This document shows positions 35,192 to 45,731 of a stretch of DNA of 58,796 bases, in pieces (positions within the stretch are counted from its first letter, which is position 1; each line of letters starts with the position of its first letter). The position numbers and the translations under genes were made by a program. This DNA comes from a virus. The notes beneath the pieces were generated by a model. It was not told where the DNA came from. It ran no database searches and saw nothing but the letters and a program-made list of their open reading frames with translations. The stretch lies in IMG/VR virus record IMGVR_UViG_3300032287_001302. One strand, written 5' to 3'.

Positions 35192-35222
35192 AGTCCCCGG
35201 CGTAAAAACCGGGGACTTTTTT
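35192..35222. terminator. Bidirectional rho-independent terminator between the convergent arms
   Basis: AGTCCCCGG-loop-CCGGGGACT followed by TTTTTT, with an A-run in the loop for the opposite strand. Confidence 0.75.
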
Positions 35223-35472
35223 ACTTCTTCAGCGTTGCTGCGTTAGTCTTCGGGTTGTACTTGAAGTCACTAGCAGAACGCCCACTGGCTTTAGCTGCAC
35301 GGTCTTTGGCTCGACCGGCGTTACCTAAGGCTTGACGGGACTCACCCTTGGCGGTGAGCTTACCGTCCTTCAAATCCCCACGTTTAGTTAAGATGGCAAT
35401 AGCCATACCCTTGGCGTTCTTGTTACCCTGTGAGGCAAGTTGCCGTGTCAGTCTAGTTTCTAACTTAGACAT
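35221..35472 (-). CDS. Small lysine-rich basic protein (83 aa); last gene of the - strand arm
   Basis: TAATG coupling; K/R/A/G-rich. Confidence 0.55.
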   Translation of the reverse strand: MSKLETRLTRQLASQGNKNAKGMAIAILTKRGDLKDGKLTAKGESRQALGNAGRAKDRAAKASGRSASDFKYNPKTNAATLKK

Positions 35473-35624
35473 TATTTCTTCTTTGCAGTTTTAGCCGACT
35501 TGATAAAGTCTTGCTTAGTCGGAGCACCCTTGCTGCCAACCTTGCGCATCTTCTCCCCTGAGCCTTCAGCAATGCGCTTTTGCTTGGCGTGGATGTTTGC
35601 GTATAAACCGGGTTTAGTAGCCAT
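35472..35624 (-). CDS. Small lysine-rich basic protein (50 aa, shorter than the track cutoff)
   Basis: Hand translation MATKPGLYANIHAKQKRIAEGSGEKMRKVGSKGAPTKQDFIKSAKTAKKK. Confidence 0.5.
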   Translation of the reverse strand: MATKPGLYANIHAKQKRIAEGSGEKMRKVGSKGAPTKQDFIKSAKTAKKK

Positions 35625-35625
35625 G

Positions 35626-35889
35626 TTAGCAATTCCATGCACGCAACGATTTATTGATCCGAGAGTTCGGGTCTTTGGCCGTCTTCTCGCTTGTCAACTT
35701 CGACTTCATGCCCTCCATCCGAGCGCAGAAAGAGTCGCGGCGTGGGCCACCCTGTGGCTGTGGAGCCTTCAGTCCCGGCTTGCCCGGATTGGCTTTGTTG
35801 TAAGAGGCTCGCCCTTTTGCGTTGAGACCACCCTTTGGGTCCTTGCCTTCTTTTCGTGTCCATGCTGCGGTCTTTGGTTTAGTGGCCAT
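35626..35889 (-). CDS. Small basic protein (87 aa), also starting MATKP
   Basis: TAATG overlap with the stop of the giant ORF. Confidence 0.55.
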   Translation of the reverse strand: MATKPKTAAWTRKEGKDPKGGLNAKGRASYNKANPGKPGLKAPQPQGGPRRDSFCARMEGMKSKLTSEKTAKDPNSRINKSLRAWNC

Positions 35890-38800
35890 TATTGTGCTCC
35901 AACGAGTTCCTGAGTAAATCGGCGTGTCTGTTTATTAAACTGAATACCGCCGGCTGTCTCTCGCTCACGTTTTGCTTGCGCCTGAGGAGCTTGCAGAAGG
36001 TTAGACAGTGGCTCACGCTTGAAGCCTTCGCTGACTCGCTCTTCTTGGAGTTTATTCCATTTTTCACGAACAGCGCTAGTATCATCACCCTCACGGCGAG
36101 CCTTGGTGTATTGATTCTTCAGTTTGGCAGCTTTGTCCTTGAAGGCTTTTTCTTCTTCAAACTTTATATCCGTCAAGAAGCGACGTTTAGTATCTGATGT
36201 AACTGGTACACCAAAGAACTTAGCCGTAGATTCCCATGCAGCAATCTCATCTGCGGGAACAAGCACATCGCCATTGAGACGAGTCACACCTTCATTGTTC
36301 TCACGAACAGCTTTCATGGCATCTGAGATACCTTTGGGTGCTAGTTTTTCCAACCCGCGATGGTACTCTCCGCCACCTATTAATTTCAAGCCATCAGCAA
36401 AGCGTTGCGCTAACGAGCCTGATGCTCCAAACGCCATGGCAAACCCTGCTTCAGCAACGCCGGCCTTAGACAAGTCAAAATCAGTAAATGGTAAGACAGA
36501 CAAAGCGTTACCCATACCAAGTTTGCCTGATAGGTCTATGCCTGCAGCAGCAGGCGCACCGCGCATGATCAACGTCGCGGCATCTTCACCCCACTGCGAG
36601 ACCATGGCCTCATACAATTCTTTTTCAAGGTTATAAGGCTCTTCATCGTCTCCAAACGTGCCAGCCAAGCCTTTGAGGATAAACGATATGGCAGCAAAAC
36701 CGGGCATACCCACGAGTCCTGCCATTGCAGCAGTATGACCTAGGGTAAACGCTAATGCTTTACGAGCCGCAGTACGCTCTTCTTTTGTCCCACCTTTGAC
36801 AGAGTTTGCCACCAGCTTAGTCAGTAGTGTTAACTGGATTAACTGGAACTTGCGGAACTGCAAAGCAACTTTACCGGCATTGGTATTAAAAGCACGGGGT
36901 GCATTGATGCGGGTATAGTCGCCATGGGTCTGAGCAATTACACTGTCGGCATACTCAGTAGCATCTTTAATGCTACCAGTCTTAGCCAACTCAAGTCGGT
37001 ATGCAGCAATGGCCGTGGATACACGGTTAATTGCTTCCATCTTTTGACCAACAGAACGTAGCACACGATCAACTTTATTTACGGCTTGGGCAGCTTTGCT
37101 TTCGCCTGCAACTTGGAACTTGCCAAGTTCGGTCTCCATACCAATGTCAATGCGACCACGATCCACCAAAGTGGAAATCATCTTGCGCACATCTGCAGGC
37201 ACGTTTTCAAAATCAAGCGGTTCGTCGATCTTTTTGTTCTTGTTGAGGCCGCCAAGCTGGGTGTATGCTTTGAGCAACGCTGCCTGAGCCTTGAAATAAT
37301 TGTGGCGACCTGCCATGAATGGAACTGACAGCATGACTGGCTGTGTCAAGTTCTGCAAGTAGTACATTGGGCTTGTAGCCAACATCCATACGGAGGTAAC
37401 ACGGCTAGCCTTGGCAGCAACATCACTCCACTCAGAATTGTCGTAACTCAATGACTGGTTGTGGCGAGCCATGATCTCATTAAACAACTGAGACTTCTCA
37501 AGCTGATCGCCGCCTTTCTTAGTTTCACGACGCATCTCATTGATGGCTTCAGTCATCTGTGGAGAATACTTAGCTGTTGCCAAGAACTGTGCATCGGCTC
37601 GGCCTTGTGTGGCAAACGAACGCAACATATCAATCTCACCTGCAACACCCTTGCGGCGCATCTCAGCTTTACGAGAACTGTTCTCGGCTAACGCAGCCAA
37701 ATACAAATCGGCTACCACAGCACGGGCTTTTGACAAAGCCTCACGCTCTTTGGGGTCCGTCACATTGGACAACTCAGCATCCAAATCCCCACGCAACTTG
37801 TTAAAAGCCTGCATCAGACCGCCATACATGCGGTTGCTTGGGTCTTCTTTCTCACGAGCTACCACTTCAGCAAAAGACTTTGTGCCTTCAAGTTCGCGTT
37901 GCAACTCAAGCGCCGACGCAGTGGACTCAGCAAAGCTCACATGATACTGGTCAGGATCGCTCTCAAGCTTGGCTTGCTCAGCAGGCGTTGCATCCAAATA
38001 CTTCTGTGACTTGGCAATCACTACATAGTTACCGAAACGCTTCATTGGAGCGTAAGGGTTGAACTCAGATACCGCAAAGAGGCGAGCAAACTGGGCTAAC
38101 TGCGCCTTTTTGTCCGCTTGGAACTTAGCTACCTTGGCTGTATCACCCTTAGCCTGTGCATCTTTAATAAGTGCATCGTACTCAGAGTTCGTGGCATCCA
38201 TCAAGGTCTGCTTCTTCAGCTTGAGCATGGCATCACCATGGGCAAACACTGCCTCAATCCAGTCTTGTGACGGTTGACTCAACGCATCAAAACGCTTGCT
38301 CATCGCAGGATCAATCTTGACCTTATCGCTTGTGCCAGTGCGCCAAGTAGGTTCAAACCCCCACTTCTTTTCACGAGTCATGTCATAGACAAACTTGTTG
38401 GCACTCGTGTCGCTAGTACCGCGCTCTTTTACTGGAATCTTGTTATACAAAGATGCCACGCGCTCAACGTCACGTTCAATCTGACCTTCAAGGTTTGTAC
38501 GCTCGCGGTAGATGGTGTCCATCTTCTTAGCCGCTTTGATACCAGACTTGACGGCTCGCTTGAATAAATCCTCAGTAAACACCACGGAGTTCAGCAACTT
38601 CGACGACACCGCCGAGACTGCCTTGGCCGCAGGAGACTTTAGGATTTCTTCTTTGTTGGCTCGTAATTGCCGTCCATTAATTTCTTGAGGTTTGACCCCA
38701 GCTTGAACTTGTCCTGACTTAGCACCTTGAACGGCTCCGGCTGTTTGGGTGCTTGTTGCGGCTTGTTTAATTTTTGCATTTGTGCGCTCCATGAAAGCCG

Positions 38801-41800
38801 CAGTCAGCGGCAGGTTATCTTTTAAGAACAAGCGGGCTTGCTCCATGCCATTGAAAGCGTACAGTTGCGCAAAGATTTCTTCACGCATACTGTCTGAATT
38901 GAGGCCCTTGTTATCCACGAAAGGATACACCATCATTTGCGACAGTGGAGAATCAGGCTCATTAATGAAATGGTTGTACACCTCACGGGTTACAGCCCCG
39001 ACAGGACGCAGCTTGCCATTATTAAACGTCAAGTTCAACTCGGGAGAGCTAGAGTACGTACCGCCTTGACCATCTACAACACCGTCAGCACCGTGGCCAA
39101 CTTCGTGCATCAATGTAATCGTGGCAAGATATTGATCGTTAAGCGCTGCTTGGCTAAAGATGATTGTGGGCTTGCCGTCAACCATGGCAAACAGGCCGTC
39201 CCACGGAACATTATCGTTTGTGACTAACCAGTTCTCAATGTTCTGGACGTTGGAAATCAAACCTGCTTTTTGCAGATGCTTGAGGCCATTGGTAATACCG
39301 GTGTACTTAACCAGCTTGGCAAGGTTAGTCGGCTGTGTCTTAAACGTATTACCGTCGTTGTCTTTCCACTCTTGGCTGGTAGCTGATTTGCTGTAGCGGG
39401 CTGTGCCGTCATCAGCTTCAAAGTCTTCGGTGTACATCTCACTGGCCGTATCGTCGGCAACACGGTCAAAGTCCATGTTGTTTTCAATAACCGTGGAAAG
39501 TGATGGCTCAGATGCCAACGTAAAGTCACCGCCAGTACGGGAAGCTACTTCATCAAGATAACCCTTTTCGCTCTTAGTCAACTCACCATATGAGTTCAAA
39601 CCGGGCATGTCTTCACGCAGTTGTTCCCACACGTCACGGCCAGTCAATTCACTTGTTGCGGCTTTCTGTTCAGTCGGCTCGGCCAACGCTGCGGCTTTGC
39701 TATTCTTCTTGGTTTTTGTAGGCTTTTTCTTACCTGACAAAAACGCTGCATACTTTTCCATGGCAGCGACTTGCTTGGCTTGTAGTTCCGTTATTTCCGC
39801 TTTTAGTTGGTCGGCGATAGCCGGAACTTCTAGGGCTAGCGCTTCTAGCTGTTCAATTTTATCGGCGATAGTGTTAACGGCATTTGCCAAAGCTTCATCT
39901 TTGACATTCAAAGTATCGCCTACACCTTTAACACCTTGAGCCCATGTGCGAGTATCGTCATAGCCAAAACCACCCGTTGCACCTTCTTCAGATTCCACAC
40001 CGACAGCAGTTAAAGCATCTTCTAAGCCGCCCGTCTTTCCGCCAGCAGTGGTGCTAACTCCACCTTTTGCAGTATCTGCAACACCTAGTAAGTTACGAGC
40101 TTGCGCTTCAGTCATCCCCATGGATACCGCGGCGTTGACCATATTGGTTGTATTACCAATCTTACGAACCGCCTCTGGGCCAATACCAAACTGTTGACCA
40201 ATAGCAGCTTGCGCTTTAATAGCGTAGCCCTCAGGAGCGCCTTTCATTGCAGCAAGATAAGCTTTGGCAATCTCAATGTCACGAGCTTTGTCTTTGGAGT
40301 TCTCAAACGTCTTGTCCAGAATCTGGTCAGTGGCTTGAGCAACAGCCTCGTCGGTAACATTAGTGTCTTCGCGTTGACCTAAGTTTTCCTCAGTCAAAGC
40401 TTGAGTTTCGGCAGTGTTGCCAGTCAATTCACCAATGGCTAACTGATCTTCTAAAGAAGTCTGAGCTGGTTGTTCTGCGGGTAAACCCTGATCTTGCTCA
40501 GTTGTTGTTTCCGGTGCAACAAACGCTTGGCCTTGTTGTGGTTGATCAAACGTAATTCGCTTTTTACGAGAAACTACAGGGGTAGCAGGTTGGCCGGAGA
40601 CATTTCCGAGAAGTGAAGTTTCATTACCTGCGGGGCTAATTCCGGCAACACGGGAACCCACGTCTGCCACGGGTCCGCTAGTAAGAGCTGGTCCTGTAGG
40701 AGCCACGCTTCCCTGTACGTCAGGGCCCCCAGTTGCCACGCTCGGTGCAAGTCCTCCTGTAGCGGAAACATCAGTGCTGACATTTTGATCCTCTGGTTTT
40801 GGAGCCCGTTGGAATTTAGGCTGATTAGCTATACGCTGTTTCTCTTGGAAGTCAGCTTCAACTTGCGCAAAAGATTTAGTGGCTTCGGCGTATCGACCCT
40901 TTTTAAGCTGCTCAATCGTTTGATCGAACATGGCTCTATCAATTGCGCCACTGCCAAGCAAATCAACTGCTTTGGTAAACGCTTCAATGCGTTTGACGTT
41001 GGGTTTACCTCTACTACCTACAAGACTCAGGCCAACTTTAGACGCAGCAGCCTGTAAGTCATCAGCAACAACTTGTGAAGTTGTCTCGCCAGATGGTGCT
41101 TCAGCAGATGTAAGTGTTCCCAGTTCAGGTGTTTCGTAGCCAAGGGATGCAGCTTCACCCATGGTAAGTTCGCGCTCAAGGCCATTCTCATCAGTAACGT
41201 AACGACCGGATGGCTCGCTCAGGGCTGCTTTAATATCTGCTTCACGCGCAGCACGTTGGGCTTTTGTAGCCGCGGGAGTAACACCCGTTTGGACGTTAAT
41301 TAAGTCCTGCGTAGACAGACCCGCACCCTTGTTGATGCCGAGCATTAGGCTCTGGTCAACTGACGGATTGGCCGTGCCAAGAATGTTGGACTCATAAGCG
41401 CGGTTGTTCAGATAGGCAACCCCTCCACCTCCGCCAGCGCCCATAATGCCGCCAAGGGTAGCTGCACCTACAACACCGCGCATGGGGTCAATCGTGGGGT
41501 CATATTGCATTGCAGCAATATTGGCAGAAGCTTTTGTGCCGCCTTCTTCAATACCCTCTGTAAGAAACTCTTTTCCAGCGGTGCGACGAATACCTTCACG
41601 GGTAATGCCGCGAGCACCAGACATAATTCTTTCAAGGCCAGTAGCACCGGACAACCCGCCCAAAATAGCAGGCACAACCGATGCCTGACGTGCAGCTTGG
41701 CGAGCCATGGATTCTCGTTGGTCCTCTGGAATGTTCGGGCTGTTCATCACCTGATCGTAGGCATCAGAAGCAGCATCACCGCCAGCGGCGGCTCCACCCA

Positions 41801-42311
41801 ACGTAGCACCAGTACCAAGGCCAGCAATGCCTTGTCCACGAGCACCTAGACCAAGAGCTTTAGCACCAACAGTGCTGTACTTAACGGCTTTACCTATGGG
41901 GCCAAAACCACCAACAATCTTGCCTGCAGTCTGCACAGGAGATGATAGAACGTATTTGCCAACACCTTTGACAGCTTCAAAGCCGCCTTCATCCATGGCT
42001 TGGCCTAGTTCTTCCTCGGCTTGTTTGACTTGAGGGCTGTAAGTTTCTTCGCCCTCTTTAATGATGTAGTCTAAACCTCGTGACAGAGGGTTGTCTACCG
42101 AAACAAAATCACTAATGCCTTTGACAATACCAAGGCCGGAGTTGATCGTTGTAACAACGGTGTCGTTGAGAAACTCTAACGGGTTGCGCATGCCAGAGGC
42201 ATCGCTTTCGCCTCGCATGGGAACTTTGTAGACCGAAGTAAAACCTTCAAGTGCCCGCGGTGCATCTTCTCGTGATCTACCGGAAGGAGTAAACCCTTCA
42301 ATGATTGGCAT
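35889..42311 (-). CDS. Giant internal virion/ejection protein (2140 aa) with a PLxRFG-type motif and an embedded HExxH motif
   Basis: APMKRFGNY at aa 1422-1427 (38031-38048); MHEVGHG at aa 1068-1074 (HEVGH 39093-39107); Gly/Ala-rich N-terminal region and hydrophobic C-terminal segments. Confidence 0.7.
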   Translation of the reverse strand: MPIIEGFTPSGRSREDAPRALEGFTSVYKVPMRGESDASGMRNPLEFLNDTVVTTINSGLGIVKGISDFVSVDNPLSRGLDYIIKEGEETYSPQVKQAEEELGQAMDEGGFEAVKGVGKYVLSSPVQTAGKIVGGFGPIGKAVKYSTVGAKALGLGARGQGIAGLGTGATLGGAAAGGDAASDAYDQVMNSPNIPEDQRESMARQAARQASVVPAILGGLSGATGLERIMSGARGITREGIRRTAGKEFLTEGIEEGGTKASANIAAMQYDPTIDPMRGVVGAATLGGIMGAGGGGGVAYLNNRAYESNILGTANPSVDQSLMLGINKGAGLSTQDLINVQTGVTPAATKAQRAAREADIKAALSEPSGRYVTDENGLERELTMGEAASLGYETPELGTLTSAEAPSGETTSQVVADDLQAAASKVGLSLVGSRGKPNVKRIEAFTKAVDLLGSGAIDRAMFDQTIEQLKKGRYAEATKSFAQVEADFQEKQRIANQPKFQRAPKPEDQNVSTDVSATGGLAPSVATGGPDVQGSVAPTGPALTSGPVADVGSRVAGISPAGNETSLLGNVSGQPATPVVSRKKRITFDQPQQGQAFVAPETTTEQDQGLPAEQPAQTSLEDQLAIGELTGNTAETQALTEENLGQREDTNVTDEAVAQATDQILDKTFENSKDKARDIEIAKAYLAAMKGAPEGYAIKAQAAIGQQFGIGPEAVRKIGNTTNMVNAAVSMGMTEAQARNLLGVADTAKGGVSTTAGGKTGGLEDALTAVGVESEEGATGGFGYDDTRTWAQGVKGVGDTLNVKDEALANAVNTIADKIEQLEALALEVPAIADQLKAEITELQAKQVAAMEKYAAFLSGKKKPTKTKKNSKAAALAEPTEQKAATSELTGRDVWEQLREDMPGLNSYGELTKSEKGYLDEVASRTGGDFTLASEPSLSTVIENNMDFDRVADDTASEMYTEDFEADDGTARYSKSATSQEWKDNDGNTFKTQPTNLAKLVKYTGITNGLKHLQKAGLISNVQNIENWLVTNDNVPWDGLFAMVDGKPTIIFSQAALNDQYLATITLMHEVGHGADGVVDGQGGTYSSSPELNLTFNNGKLRPVGAVTREVYNHFINEPDSPLSQMMVYPFVDNKGLNSDSMREEIFAQLYAFNGMEQARLFLKDNLPLTAAFMERTNAKIKQAATSTQTAGAVQGAKSGQVQAGVKPQEINGRQLRANKEEILKSPAAKAVSAVSSKLLNSVVFTEDLFKRAVKSGIKAAKKMDTIYRERTNLEGQIERDVERVASLYNKIPVKERGTSDTSANKFVYDMTREKKWGFEPTWRTGTSDKVKIDPAMSKRFDALSQPSQDWIEAVFAHGDAMLKLKKQTLMDATNSEYDALIKDAQAKGDTAKVAKFQADKKAQLAQFARLFAVSEFNPYAPMKRFGNYVVIAKSQKYLDATPAEQAKLESDPDQYHVSFAESTASALELQRELEGTKSFAEVVAREKEDPSNRMYGGLMQAFNKLRGDLDAELSNVTDPKEREALSKARAVVADLYLAALAENSSRKAEMRRKGVAGEIDMLRSFATQGRADAQFLATAKYSPQMTEAINEMRRETKKGGDQLEKSQLFNEIMARHNQSLSYDNSEWSDVAAKASRVTSVWMLATSPMYYLQNLTQPVMLSVPFMAGRHNYFKAQAALLKAYTQLGGLNKNKKIDEPLDFENVPADVRKMISTLVDRGRIDIGMETELGKFQVAGESKAAQAVNKVDRVLRSVGQKMEAINRVSTAIAAYRLELAKTGSIKDATEYADSVIAQTHGDYTRINAPRAFNTNAGKVALQFRKFQLIQLTLLTKLVANSVKGGTKEERTAARKALAFTLGHTAAMAGLVGMPGFAAISFILKGLAGTFGDDEEPYNLEKELYEAMVSQWGEDAATLIMRGAPAAAGIDLSGKLGMGNALSVLPFTDFDLSKAGVAEAGFAMAFGASGSLAQRFADGLKLIGGGEYHRGLEKLAPKGISDAMKAVRENNEGVTRLNGDVLVPADEIAAWESTAKFFGVPVTSDTKRRFLTDIKFEEEKAFKDKAAKLKNQYTKARREGDDTSAVREKWNKLQEERVSEGFKREPLSNLLQAPQAQAKRERETAGGIQFNKQTRRFTQELVGAQ

Positions 42312-42322
42312 AGTGCCCCCCG

Positions 42323-43573
42323 TTATTTGGCTTTAGCTTTTTTAGCTTCGTCAAGTGTACTGTAATAGTTGCCGTCTTTGCCTTTATACGCAATGACTGG
42401 TTTACCATCTACTGAACCAACTTCCATGGGAATCTTAGCTGTGCGGGATTCTTTAACCATGCGGTTGTAGTCCGAGCTTGTAACGCCCAATGGCACTTCT
42501 AAACCACCGCCAACAATGTTATACAGCGGACGACCTTCTGCACTGTAAGCAACTGTATTGCCTTCTTGGTCTGTCATGACTTTAGCTGGAACGGGTCGTG
42601 TAGATTTAGGTTGTAACTTGGGGAATGATCCTTCAAAGCCTTCTGGAACTTTAAGTGTGGCTTCTACACCGCCTCGAGTTCCAAAGATGGTTCTTCCGTT
42701 GTCGCCTAAACCTAATGGCTCAAAACGCTCAGGAGCCCGAGAATACATACCGCCAGCTTTTCTTGCAGTAAATTCATCACGGTTAAGTGCCAAGTTGCCT
42801 GCATAATAATCTGCCTGCCGCGCTTTAAACTGAGCGTCGGTTTCATTGGCTTGTCGTTTTATACCAAGACCTTCGCGTTCCAAACCAACCTGCTCTTGCT
42901 TCATGGCAAGCTCGGCGTATTTAGGATCAACACTAGCTAGTTCGTCAAAATACATGGACTTTGCTACGCGCATCATGTCCTGCCTAGTCACAGGAATTTG
43001 CGAAGCTTGTTGACCTTGAGGGCCATAGATATTCAATACAGTACCTTGAGCCGTACTCATGGGAGCTGCCACAAATCCTTTCGTGCCGGGGCCGCCATAC
43101 TCATCTGAGTTGAACTTAGCAAGGTTCTCTTGCACCCATTTGTTTGGATCAGCGTTAATGGCTTTAACTGTATCAGCGTAGCTAGTTTGGATAGACTTAA
43201 GTCTGTCAGCAGACTCTTCTGCGCGAGAAGCTTGGTTTAACTGCAAACCCAACATCTGTGATTGACGGTCCGGCGAAGCAGAATAGATTTCAGCTTGCCG
43301 CGCCAACATCTGGGCACGAGACAGCTTCTGTGCAGGCTTGGTAATAAACTCCCCAGACACATCGCGTTCTTCTGGCGTCTCGGCCTGAATACCCTTGATC
43401 TGTTCGCCAACACGCTTTTCTTCAGCAATCCGTTCACGCTCACGTTGCTGTAATTCTTTGCGAAATTGTGCTTCTTCTTTGCGGTTCTTGGCCTCGTCCA
43501 TGCGTTCGAGGTCTTGTACTCCAGCAGAGATACCTTGGCCAACGCCACCCAAAATGCCCATGATATTGGCCAT
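42323..43573 (-). CDS. Putative internal virion protein (416 aa)
   Basis: Position; coiled-coil, charged N-terminal part. Confidence 0.5.
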   Translation of the reverse strand: MANIMGILGGVGQGISAGVQDLERMDEAKNRKEEAQFRKELQQRERERIAEEKRVGEQIKGIQAETPEERDVSGEFITKPAQKLSRAQMLARQAEIYSASPDRQSQMLGLQLNQASRAEESADRLKSIQTSYADTVKAINADPNKWVQENLAKFNSDEYGGPGTKGFVAAPMSTAQGTVLNIYGPQGQQASQIPVTRQDMMRVAKSMYFDELASVDPKYAELAMKQEQVGLEREGLGIKRQANETDAQFKARQADYYAGNLALNRDEFTARKAGGMYSRAPERFEPLGLGDNGRTIFGTRGGVEATLKVPEGFEGSFPKLQPKSTRPVPAKVMTDQEGNTVAYSAEGRPLYNIVGGGLEVPLGVTSSDYNRMVKESRTAKIPMEVGSVDGKPVIAYKGKDGNYYSTLDEAKKAKAK

Positions 43574-43583
43574 GGTTTACCCC

Positions 43584-43847
43584 TTAAACTTCGATTTGTA
43601 CGTCGTCGCTTGTGGCTACAGGAGCTTCTACGACGTCTTCAACAATCTTTTTCTCACGTTTCTTTGGCGTAGCAGCAGCGATTGCTGCATCAGCAGCATT
43701 GTGCAACATCAAGCCCAGTTCATTCAAGAAAGGCTCACCGTCGCCACTGATGTCAGTGATGTACTGCTTCTTACCATCGTGCCAAACGACCAAACGGCCA
43801 CCAGCAGATTCAGCGTTCAAGTGTTTTTCAAGTTCATTCAGTGTCAT
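43584..43847 (-). CDS. Hypothetical protein (87 aa)
   Basis: ORF in a tightly packed operon. Confidence 0.5.
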   Translation of the reverse strand: MTLNELEKHLNAESAGGRLVVWHDGKKQYITDISGDGEPFLNELGLMLHNAADAAIAAATPKKREKKIVEDVVEAPVATSDDVQIEV

Positions 43848-43848
43848 G

Positions 43849-45294
43849 TTAAGGCTTTCCTATACCAAGTTTGTTTTCGTACGCCAAACCATCTTGACGA
43901 ATCTTCTCTAGTTTAGCAAGTCCAATGCGGTCAACCGCATCAGGTTGGATGATGAATTCGTCGTCCGATACACGAACTTTGACCATTGAACGTTTTTTCT
44001 TAGTGGCAGAATGGTCTTCAACTTCGTTCATCTTCTCCAACGCTTTACGTCCCAGCTTCCTCACCACACCAATGGGCATAACAAAAGCACCCTCTGGAAT
44101 TTCAGTGGCAATCAAATCGTCTTTGGGACCGCCGGGGCCATCTATCTCGCCACCGCGCATGTAGGGTTGCTGGTTAACAACGCCGCCGTTTTTAAACAAA
44201 CCCAAGGCTGAGCCTACAAGCATTGCGCCGCCAATCCATGGCATAGCAGCACCTAAAGCAGCACCCGCACCCATAGAACCAGCAACGCCCTCAAGAACTG
44301 CACCGCCAGCGCCTTCCGCCATAGCAGCAGCGCCTGTAGTACCGCCAAGGCCACCCGTAGCAATGTCAGCCGCGGCCATCTCGGCAGTAGGAGGTAGAAT
44401 AGAATTTACCTGCGCAGCAGCTTGTGAGTAAGCATCAATGGCAGGTTGGGCTTCTTTGCCCAAACGCATACCTTGACCATACGCAGTCATATTAGTGTTG
44501 CCAGTCATACTGCCAACTTTTTCTACGCCTGTACCTAGCATCTCTCGACCGCGCATCAAACCTTGACCAGTCGCGGCAGCATTAGCGTTTGACATATCCG
44601 GGCTGCCTGTTGGGGGAGGCGGAGGGGTAATTTGCTCCATTGCGCCAGTAATGCCGCCGCGAGCTAGACGTTGAACGTAACCGCCGCCTTTAAGTTTTAA
44701 GACAGGGCCGCCATCAGCACCAAAGAATGTGGGGTTATTACGGGTAAACCCGTATAGATCAATACCACCGCGCACAGCGCCAGCCACGTTTTGGCCCATT
44801 TGCTGTTGACCTTGGTTGTACATGTTTGCTAGGTTTGATCCTGTAGCAGCTGTACTTGAGAGAGCAGATGACGCATTAGATGGCACACCTGCTAGCAAAC
44901 CAGTAGTGTCTTGCATACGGGCAAAGCCCATTTGATCAACACGCTCACGAGCACCGGTCATACCGGCAGCGCCACCGCCGTAGGCAGTTGTAGCCAGTTT
45001 TCGCATTTCTTTGGCGTACCGAGGGTCCTCAGGGTTAATACCCATAGAAGCCAGATCGCTCTTGTATGCACCCATGGCTGAACCAAATGAAGATTCTGCA
45101 TCGGCTTTTGCTTGTGATGCTGCTCGTTCTTTGTTTGCAAGAGACCCATAGTCAGCTGATTCACTGACCATGCGTTCGTACATGGGGTAAGTTAATTTCT
45201 CAGATAACCCCATTAAACGCTCAGACTGTGCAGCCTGTGCGCCGTAAAGCTTCTCTAAGTTTGCGTAGTATTGATTGCCGCCACCGCCGCCCAT
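43849..45294 (-). CDS. Putative internal virion protein (481 aa), Gly/Ala/Met-rich
   Basis: Composition and position upstream of the other ejection-protein candidates. Confidence 0.5.
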   Translation of the reverse strand: MGGGGGNQYYANLEKLYGAQAAQSERLMGLSEKLTYPMYERMVSESADYGSLANKERAASQAKADAESSFGSAMGAYKSDLASMGINPEDPRYAKEMRKLATTAYGGGAAGMTGARERVDQMGFARMQDTTGLLAGVPSNASSALSSTAATGSNLANMYNQGQQQMGQNVAGAVRGGIDLYGFTRNNPTFFGADGGPVLKLKGGGYVQRLARGGITGAMEQITPPPPPTGSPDMSNANAAATGQGLMRGREMLGTGVEKVGSMTGNTNMTAYGQGMRLGKEAQPAIDAYSQAAAQVNSILPPTAEMAAADIATGGLGGTTGAAAMAEGAGGAVLEGVAGSMGAGAALGAAMPWIGGAMLVGSALGLFKNGGVVNQQPYMRGGEIDGPGGPKDDLIATEIPEGAFVMPIGVVRKLGRKALEKMNEVEDHSATKKKRSMVKVRVSDDEFIIQPDAVDRIGLAKLEKIRQDGLAYENKLGIGKP

Positions 45295-45719
45295 TAGACA
45301 CCTCTTTCTAAGATAGTGTAGATTCTTCCGGCATCAGGCGCAACTCGCCTGCAGTACCGTTCCATTGAGGGGCGTACAGCGCCCCGTATTGCCGAAGCAC
45401 CTACCAGCAAGGCTAGCTCAGTAAGGGCATCCCAGCAGAACTTCATCAACCGGTCAAACCCTGTTCCACCCATCGCCAAGACGTACAACACGCACTTCTT
45501 AGGGTAATTGAGGATTTCAAACACAATGGCTAGGTTGATCTTGTCATCCTCTTTGTATGTAGCTACAAAGACTCTTTGGCTGTGAACCATGGTCAAAATG
45601 TCATCTACATCAAACTCACCATTAGAGTGTTCCATACCCGGAGCAAGCATCGTACGCAGGTCAGCCCAGTGACTTTCCACTGTTTCAGGAAGCAGAACAG
45701 AAAGTGTGTGGCCGCTCAT
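45294..45719 (-). CDS. Hypothetical protein (141 aa), possibly a GNAT-like fold
   Basis: The fold guess is weak; the ORF is coupled to the downstream gene. Confidence 0.45.
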   Translation of the reverse strand: MSGHTLSVLLPETVESHWADLRTMLAPGMEHSNGEFDVDDILTMVHSQRVFVATYKEDDKINLAIVFEILNYPKKCVLYVLAMGGTGFDRLMKFCWDALTELALLVGASAIRGAVRPSMERYCRRVAPDAGRIYTILERGV

Positions 45720-45731
45720 ACCAAGATGTTA

